From IMG/VR virus record IMGVR_UViG_3300013121_000017, positions 64,001 to 128,000 of that record: DNA of 64,000 nt. One strand, given 5' to 3'. Below, in pieces: positions 57,936 through 64,000 of the stretch. Both the position numbers and the translations under genes were made by a program. Below the pieces are notes generated by a model. That model did not search any database. It was not told where the DNA came from and was given only the letters and a program-made list of their open reading frames with translations. Every line of letters begins with the position of its first letter. Within the stretch, counting starts at the first letter, position 1. This stretch comes from a virus. Its lineage: Duplodnaviria > Caudoviricetes.

Positions 57936-58826
57936 TTATTCGGCCAGAGGCAGGGACACCCTGCCAGCGGCCAGATTGTCCAGAACTGCCAGGGCTTCCT
58001 GACGTTCCTGTTCCTCGTTCGCCGCCCTGGTTGCGACGGCTTTCTGAGCGGCTTCCTTGGGATTCTTTGCCTTCGCCGCGACGGGCGCGAAGACGTGACC
58101 ACAGGGAAACTCCTCGTAGATCTTCCCGTCCAGCGTGTTGTCCTCGCCGGACTTGAAGCTCGACCCCTGCTTGTAGAAGAACGCCTTGCCGTGCTGACGG
58201 CAGAGGGCGAGGGCGTCCCTGGCCCACTGCGGATCATGCTGGCGGAAGCCTGCACCGGACTCGCCGCCGAAGATGACCCAATCGACCTTGCTGTAGTCCA
58301 TCTTGTCCAGAGGGCCGGTAGCCGGCTCGTAGCTGACGAAGTGGCAGACTGCCGGCGCACTCGTCAGTTGCTTGACGCGGGGAGCGAACTTGTTTTCCTC
58401 GATGGTCGTGCCGAGCCAGACGTTCGGGTAGCCCTGGCCCCAATCAGCGGGCAAGAAGTCCTTGATCCTGGCGGGCCGCTTCGTCAAAAGCTGCCAGATC
58501 AGGTTCGGTGTGGCGCGGATGAGGGGCCACAGCTTCTTCAACTCCGCGATGACGGTCGGGTGATCCTCGAACACGTCGCACATGGACGAGCAGAAGACAA
58601 GACGCTTGACGCCATCCTTGACGGCGGTCTTCTCCCACTTCAACGGCTCGTTCCAGTGCTTGTCGGGGAACGTGCGGCGGGGCTTGTTCGGACCCCACAC
58701 GTCAAAGCCGAACCGCAGTGCGAGCGTCTCAGCGTAACAGTTGTCACATGCAGGGCTGACTTTTTCGCAGCCCCACACGATGTTGAACGTGTGATTCGTC
58801 CAACTGATACCAGTTTTCTCTGCCAT
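57936..58826 (-). CDS. DUF5131 / phage Gp37-Gp68 family protein (radical-SAM-like)
   Basis: TGISWT..TFN..GCEKVSPACDNCYAE, SMCDVF, LTKRP, SYEP, WVIFGGESG, FFYKQ. Confidence 0.9.
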   Translation of the reverse strand: MAEKTGISWTNHTFNIVWGCEKVSPACDNCYAETLALRFGFDVWGPNKPRRTFPDKHWNEPLKWEKTAVKDGVKRLVFCSSMCDVFEDHPTVIAELKKLWPLIRATPNLIWQLLTKRPARIKDFLPADWGQGYPNVWLGTTIEENKFAPRVKQLTSAPAVCHFVSYEPATGPLDKMDYSKVDWVIFGGESGAGFRQHDPQWARDALALCRQHGKAFFYKQGSSFKSGEDNTLDGKIYEEFPCGHVFAPVAAKAKNPKEAAQKAVATRAANEEQERQEALAVLDNLAAGRVSLPLAE

Positions 58827-58871
58827 GATCGCTCCCTATTGCATGGTGTCGTCAAATTCGCTCATGGGGTC

Positions 58872-58900
58872 AGTATAGGCAAGGTTGGGCCAGTTGTAAA
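58872..58900 (-). promoter_or_regulatory. sigma70-type promoter for the DUF5131 operon
   Basis: TTTACA-17 nt-TATACT on the minus strand. Confidence 0.75.
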
Positions 58901-58946
58901 CCGGAGAAAGTTTGAGCCAACGTAGCGACTATTTGTAAAGTCGCAC

Positions 58947-58974
58947 TTTACAATCAGCGCGATTTGCCTATACT
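58947..58974 (+). promoter_or_regulatory. sigma70-type promoter for the ParB-like/AAA operon
   Basis: TTTACA-16 nt-TATACT; -35 lies within the palindrome ttgtaaagt-cgc-actttacaa. Confidence 0.7.
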
Positions 58975-59018
58975 GCATGTGTGGGTTCGCGACAGCCACC
59001 TCACCACGGAGCCAATCG

Positions 59019-60164
59019 ATGGCCAAGCAAACGACGGAAAGCACTACCAGAAGCGAGGTTAAGCCCACCGGCTCAGGCCGATCCGTGGCTCGCACCAGCA
59101 TCGGCGAGTTGTACCACAAGATCCAGCACATGGGTCGATTGCGTGAGGAGCAGGTGATCGAACTCCCCTCTCCAACCATTCCACCCGATCCTTCAATCCC
59201 GGCAGCCAGGATCGATGTCGATGACCCGGCAACGCGGGCCAAGCGAACCCGCGAACAGATCATCGCCGACGCCATCGCGAATGCGGCATACTACGAGGAT
59301 GCCGCTCTCAAGGATGAGATGCGGAAGCCCTGGTTCCACTACGTTCGCAAGCCGTACCAGTACGGTGAGTTCGTGATGCTCTCCCCGGAGATGGCCGAGG
59401 AGTTGCTTCGGTACAACCCCGACAACCGGAACATGAAGCCCTGGTTGACGGCGGCGTACAAGCGTGACATGGAGAAGGAAAACTGGGTTCCCTCTCACGA
59501 AGGGATCGGCATCAACCTGTCCGGCAACATGTTCGACGGTCAGCACCGCGCGGAAGGCGTTGTTGAGTCGAAGAAGTCAGTCCCGATGTGGATCGTCTTC
59601 AACGTGCTGGACGAGGCGAAGTTCGTCACCGACAGCGGTGCGAAGCGAAACGTCAACGAGAAGCTGGCGATGGTGTGCAAGGTTACACTCGCCAACCGCA
59701 CCGCCGGCATGGTCAAGGCTATGATGCGTGGCATCAAGCCCCGCTTCAAGTTCAGCGAGGCCGAGATCGCCGTCTTCGCCAACAACTACTCGAACGTCAT
59801 CGAGTGGATCAGCAAGTACCTGCCCTCGGCGCGGGCCGACGTTCAGGCGGCTCTGGGCAAGGCGTATCTGTGGTTCGGCCCGGAGAAGCTGGAAGGCTTC
59901 TGCGACCGTCTGCGGGAGGCCAACTGGACAGGCGACAACGACCCGGCGAAGACCCTGTTCTTCTATCTCCAGCGTCTGCGAGAGCAGAAGGTCAACAACC
60001 CGATCTCGACCTACAAGAAGACCGTCGCGGCCATCGGTCACGTCGTCAACGGAACGCCGTGTGCCAAGCTGTACGAGTCCCAGGATGACATCTTCGAGTG
60101 GGATGTAGACGGTGACGGCAACTATCACGTCCCGCCGAAGACGGCCCCGGAAGACGATTCGTGA
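59019..60164 (+). CDS. ParB-like N-terminal (DGQHR) domain protein
   Basis: PEMAEELL..N..NR....Y.RDM...W....I....G...DGQHR...DSGAKR. Confidence 0.72.
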   Translation: MAKQTTESTTRSEVKPTGSGRSVARTSIGELYHKIQHMGRLREEQVIELPSPTIPPDPSIPAARIDVDDPATRAKRTREQIIADAIANAAYYEDAALKDEMRKPWFHYVRKPYQYGEFVMLSPEMAEELLRYNPDNRNMKPWLTAAYKRDMEKENWVPSHEGIGINLSGNMFDGQHRAEGVVESKKSVPMWIVFNVLDEAKFVTDSGAKRNVNEKLAMVCKVTLANRTAGMVKAMMRGIKPRFKFSEAEIAVFANNYSNVIEWISKYLPSARADVQAALGKAYLWFGPEKLEGFCDRLREANWTGDNDPAKTLFFYLQRLREQKVNNPISTYKKTVAAIGHVVNGTPCAKLYESQDDIFEWDVDGDGNYHVPPKTAPEDDS

Positions 60165-60298
60165 AACAAGAACAGGATGGCGGGCTGGTGAGGTCCGCCA
60201 TCCTTCGGGTAGAATGGTTGCAAGGTTTCAGAGACAGAGAAAAGACGGGCGTGTGACGGTGGGAGACAGTCCCACAACCACTTTCAAGGGAAACTGCG

Positions 60299-61909
60299 AT
60301 GCGTGACGAGAAACTCGACTTCTGGCTCAAGCATGGATTCAACGTCTGCTTCGTCGGCCAGCATGGTGTCGGCAAGACAGCGATGGTCAAGGCATGCTTT
60401 GAGCGTGCCGGCCTGAAGCAAGGCGACACCTACCTGTACTTCTCCGGTTCGACCCTCGACCCTTGGGTCGATTTCGTGGGTGTGCCGAAGGAAAAGACCG
60501 TCAACAAGATCCCCGAGTGGATCGAGGTCATCCGCGAACTCGTCAACGTCGGCGAAGACGTGGCCTTGGAGTACGTCAAGGGTCACATGCACCTGCCTGT
60601 CGAGATGGCAAAGCGTGTCATGACGCATGCCCTCGGTCGCCAGGAAGGCATGACGTTCCTCGAACTGGTACGACCCGAAGCGTTTGCCCGCGATCAGGTT
60701 CGCGCCATCTTCGTGGACGAGTACAACCGTTCCCCGAAGAAGGTGCGGAACGCGGTCATGGAATTGCTCCAGTTCAAGAGCATCAACGGGAAGAAGTTCC
60801 CGAACCTGTCCACGGTCTGGACGGCGATCAACCCCGCCGACGACGAGCAGAACAACTACGACGTGGAAGAGATCGATCCCGCACAGATGGATCGTTTCGT
60901 GGTCAGTGTTCGCGTCCCGTACAAGCCCAACGAGGGATGGTTCATCCAGCGGTACGGCGAGCGTGTCGGTCGCACGGCGATCCAGTGGTGGACCGACCTG
61001 TCCACCGACGAGCAGAAGTTGGTCAGTCCGCGCCGGCTGGAATACGCCCTGAACATGTGGGAGGTCAAGGGCGACATGCGGGACGTTCTCCCGTTCTCCT
61101 CCTGCGTGGTCAAGCTGATGCAGAACTTGAACACCGGCCCGATCTCCGAGCGGATCGAGGCAATGTTCAAGGACAAGGACACCGCTGCTGCGAAGCTGTT
61201 CCTCAGCAACGAGAACAACTACGCACCCGCCATGAAGGTGGTGACCGAGAGCGAGGCGATGATGGAGTTCTTCATCCCTCTGCTCAACAAGGAAAAGATC
61301 AGTCTCTTGCTGTCCGAGAACGAGCGGGCGCGACGGTACATCACCAGTTCGTTCAACCAGCATCCCATCTTCCAAGAGGCGATGCGGGACATTCTGCTCG
61401 CCAACCAGAACAAGCCTCTGGTCAAGGTCATCCGTCGCGCCCTGACGGACACGACCGTACTGGCGACGGGGTTCGGCCCAGGCAAGAACGAACAACCTGC
61501 TCCCCCGCACTTCGTCAAGGGTGCTGACAAGGTTCGCAACTGGAGCAACAAGATCGCGGAGTTGAAGCCGCTGCCGGTTGACAAGACCGACCAACGGACG
61601 AAGCTGTACAACGAACTGGTTGCCCACATTCCCGAGAAGATGACGGGGGATGAGGCAGTCGCAACCCTGGAACTGCTCAACGGACTGATGCAGCGGGCGT
61701 GGCAGACGACTCTTACGTCTGACACCGGGGAAAACAAGATGCCGTTGGTCATCAACATGACCAACCACACCATCGCCCAACTGGCTATCGGCAAGAACAT
61801 GTCGTGGACCGAGATCGCGGCTACCTACGGTAGCAAGATCAAGAACCTCCTCGACAAGTTGAAGGGTGCAAACTTGGCCACCAAGCTGTTCACCCCGGCC
61901 AAGGCGTAA
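60299..61909 (+). CDS. MoxR-like AAA+ ATPase
   Basis: Walker A GQHGVGKT, Walker B IFVDEYNR, AINP, DPAQMDRF, SPRR. Confidence 0.88.
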   Translation: MRDEKLDFWLKHGFNVCFVGQHGVGKTAMVKACFERAGLKQGDTYLYFSGSTLDPWVDFVGVPKEKTVNKIPEWIEVIRELVNVGEDVALEYVKGHMHLPVEMAKRVMTHALGRQEGMTFLELVRPEAFARDQVRAIFVDEYNRSPKKVRNAVMELLQFKSINGKKFPNLSTVWTAINPADDEQNNYDVEEIDPAQMDRFVVSVRVPYKPNEGWFIQRYGERVGRTAIQWWTDLSTDEQKLVSPRRLEYALNMWEVKGDMRDVLPFSSCVVKLMQNLNTGPISERIEAMFKDKDTAAAKLFLSNENNYAPAMKVVTESEAMMEFFIPLLNKEKISLLLSENERARRYITSSFNQHPIFQEAMRDILLANQNKPLVKVIRRALTDTTVLATGFGPGKNEQPAPPHFVKGADKVRNWSNKIAELKPLPVDKTDQRTKLYNELVAHIPEKMTGDEAVATLELLNGLMQRAWQTTLTSDTGENKMPLVINMTNHTIAQLAIGKNMSWTEIAATYGSKIKNLLDKLKGANLATKLFTPAKA

Positions 61910-61977
61910 GCAAGGTTTCAGAGACGTACATGCCGCCCAGCGTGTACGTCTCGGAACGCCCTTCCCAGGAGACTCAC

Positions 61978-63492
61978 ATGGCAGACACGCTCTTCCCGAA
62001 ACTCCCGAACATCGCTGACGTGCCGGTCGTTCCGTCCGCCAAGACGGAACCCGCAGTCCCAGTTCCACCCGACGTGATCCCGGTTCCGCCGCCACAGTTC
62101 AAGCTGACCAACGACGAGTGGTACGACATTCTCCGCGAACTGGAAATGCACCACGGCGTCTTCTACAAGCTGTGGGAGATGGGCAAGCCCGTCTTCACGC
62201 CGCAGATCGACACCGCTGCCGTCGCCTTCAACAAAGGCGGCGACTTCGTGCAGTTCGTTTTCAACCCGCACTTCTGGAAGAAGTGTACGCCCTACGAACG
62301 TCTATTCGTGATCTGTCACGAAGCACTGCACGTCATCCTGAATCACGGTGTCCGCATGAAAGACACCAAGGATCGGAATGCGTGCAACATCGCCCTGGAT
62401 GTTGTCGTGAACCACATGCTGGTTCGTTGCTTCGGCTTCGACCGCACTCGCATCAGCAACTGGCAAAAGCTGTGCTGGGTGGACACCGTCTTCGCGCGGC
62501 CTGACGGCAAGATCAAGACTGAGAAGGGCAAGCCCATCGCCGATGACGACTGCTTCGAGTATTACCTGAACATGCTGGATAAGCACGGCATGCCCAAATG
62601 CGGCAAGGGCAAGCAAGGCGAGGGGCAACCGTGCCAGGGCATGAAGGGCGAAGGACAAGGGCAGGGCGACGAAGAAGGCGACGGCGAGGGTTTGCAAACC
62701 CTGGACGACCACGATGTCACCGGCGACGACAAGAACGCCTGGGACGAGGTCATCGACCGTCTGGACGAAGGTCTGGCCGATGCCGAGAAGGAAACGATCA
62801 AGCCAGAGATCGACAAGCACTTCCAGACCACACCGACCCAGCGTGCCGGCACGGAAACCGGCGGCATGTGGCACGTCGCACAAGTGACGAAGGTCAAACG
62901 GAAGCAGAAGTGGGAAACCGTCATCAAGCGGTGGGTTCGCAAGAAGATGCGAGAAACCGATGCCGACATTGAGCAGTGGGCGTTGCTCAACCGCCGTCTG
63001 GTGTTCTTGCCGAAAGACATGTTCATCCCCTCCAACATGGAGAAGGAAGAAGAGGTCAAGGACAAGCACAAGATCAACGTGCGGTTCTACCTCGACACAT
63101 CCGGGTCGTGCTGGCACTTGAAGGATCGGTTCTTCACCGCTGCCATGTCGATCCCGGCGGATCGGTTCAACGTCGAACTGTTCTGCTTCGATACGACCGT
63201 GGTTCCGACCGACATCGTAGGCAAGAAGATGTACGGTGGCGGGGGAACGTCGTTCTCGATCATCGAGGCCGACATCCAGCGTGCCATCCAGCGTGCCATC
63301 CACGGCAAGGATGGCGACGGCAAGTACCCTGACGCAGTCTTCGTCATGACTGACGGGTACGGCAACCGGGTCACGCCGCAGATGCCCGAGCGGTGGTACT
63401 GGTTCCTTGACGGTGGTATGACGGTCAAGGGACTCTGCCCGTCCTACTGTCCAGAGGAATGCAACGTCTTCAAACTCACGGATTTCGAGTAA
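61978..63492 (+). CDS. metallopeptidase-vWA protein (DUF2201-like), AAA partner
   Basis: HEALH zinc motif, NIALD..N, DTSGS MIDAS, GGGGT, TDG. Confidence 0.85.
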   Translation: MADTLFPKLPNIADVPVVPSAKTEPAVPVPPDVIPVPPPQFKLTNDEWYDILRELEMHHGVFYKLWEMGKPVFTPQIDTAAVAFNKGGDFVQFVFNPHFWKKCTPYERLFVICHEALHVILNHGVRMKDTKDRNACNIALDVVVNHMLVRCFGFDRTRISNWQKLCWVDTVFARPDGKIKTEKGKPIADDDCFEYYLNMLDKHGMPKCGKGKQGEGQPCQGMKGEGQGQGDEEGDGEGLQTLDDHDVTGDDKNAWDEVIDRLDEGLADAEKETIKPEIDKHFQTTPTQRAGTETGGMWHVAQVTKVKRKQKWETVIKRWVRKKMRETDADIEQWALLNRRLVFLPKDMFIPSNMEKEEEVKDKHKINVRFYLDTSGSCWHLKDRFFTAAMSIPADRFNVELFCFDTTVVPTDIVGKKMYGGGGTSFSIIEADIQRAIQRAIHGKDGDGKYPDAVFVMTDGYGNRVTPQMPERWYWFLDGGMTVKGLCPSYCPEECNVFKLTDFE

Positions 63493-63548
63493 TTGCCTAT
63501 ACTGACCGTGCCTGACAACAACGTCAGGCACGGTCAGGAGGCTTCACC

Positions 63549-63734
63549 ATGAAACTGTTTGAATTCCACTACAGCGAGAACACAGACTTCGAGGGATTCT
63601 TGAAGATGATGCGGGAGAAACACCCGACCATCATCGGACGCAAACGGTTTTGCGTTCACCCCGAAGAGATCACCGAGCAACTGAAGGCCGACATTGCCGC
63701 CTTCGGTGTCTCTCTGGAGGAGACAGACAAATGA
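63549..63734 (+). CDS. hypothetical protein
   Basis: AGGAGG RBS. Confidence 0.6.
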   Translation: MKLFEFHYSENTDFEGFLKMMREKHPTIIGRKRFCVHPEEITEQLKADIAAFGVSLEETDK

Positions 63735-63925
63735 GCTTTGAGGAACTCTGGTTGAAGATGGTAGAGAAGAAGCCGCTTCTGGCAGATCCCAAGGCCACTG
63801 TCACCATCAACACTGAGGTCTTCAAGACCCTTCTGCGCCAAGCCCACGAAAAGGGACTGGCACAAGGCCGAAGCGAGCCGTCGCTGTTCGACAGCATCTT
63901 CGGCAACTTTGGGAGGAAGCCGTGA
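63731..63925 (+). CDS. hypothetical protein
   Basis: GGAG RBS; ATGA coupling. Confidence 0.6.
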   Translation: MSFEELWLKMVEKKPLLADPKATVTINTEVFKTLLRQAHEKGLAQGRSEPSLFDSIFGNFGRKP

Positions 63926-64000
63926 AGATTCAGTTTAACGAACACCAATGCAAAGTCTGCCTGCTCGCCGTTAAGATGCTCAACGCGGCGGTCGCAGTCA

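Noticed and set aside
57936-60164. DUF5131 plus DGQHR protein as a Dnd/Dpd DNA-modification system
   Set aside because: No dnd, dpd or que genes are in the window; the DGQHR context fits common phage ParB-like proteins
63273-63302. 12-nt tandem duplication (IQRAIQRAIH)
   Set aside because: A small in-frame duplication with no evident function
21182-63531. Long antisense ORFs (e.g. 21182-22864, 38516-39577, 47523-48446, 60284-62095, 62302-63531)
   Set aside because: They are shadows of well-supported genes with strong third-position C/G bias and show no recognisable motifs
1-64000. Stop-codon reassignment
   Set aside because: Recognisable genes are full length in the standard code and end in TAA (sheath), TAG (dam) and TGA (gdhA)
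1-64000. CRISPR arrays, tRNA/rRNA genes, integrase/transposase, reverse transcriptase/DGR
   Set aside because: None seen by eye; the tandem repeats are short and coding; a tRNAscan/Infernal run would be needed to exclude ncRNAs fully

Overview
This window is best read as a segment of a large T4-like myophage (probably a jumbo phage), not a bacterial chromosome. It holds a head-tail joining and tail module: gp13-, gp14- and gp15-like proteins, a tail sheath, five tail-tube-family paralogs, a gp26-like hub/chaperone with a probable programmed -1 frameshift, and a gp55-like late sigma factor. Auxiliary genes are interspersed: glutamate dehydrogenase, Dam-like methylase, a sugar-nucleotide/glycosyltransferase/methyltransferase set, S8 and M16 peptidases, McsA-like protein, COOH-NH2 ligase, RNA ligase, Thg1, UDG, hybrid histidine kinase, Nudix, macrodomain, 2OG-Fe(II) dioxygenase, DUF5131 and an AAA+/vWA pair. 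The most notable unexplained pattern is about 14 unrelated ORFs that start with an M-x(1-6)-F/Y-x-x-W/F...E leader resembling the T4 capsid-targeting sequence. Their payloads include sigma-like, ADP-ribosyltransferase-like, DnaJ Zn-finger and histone-like segments, and several sit 4-8 nt downstream of a TAnATA late-promoter-like box, which suggests leaderless mRNAs. No tRNA, rRNA, CRISPR array or integrase was seen. All family calls come from motif recognition by eye, without database searches.
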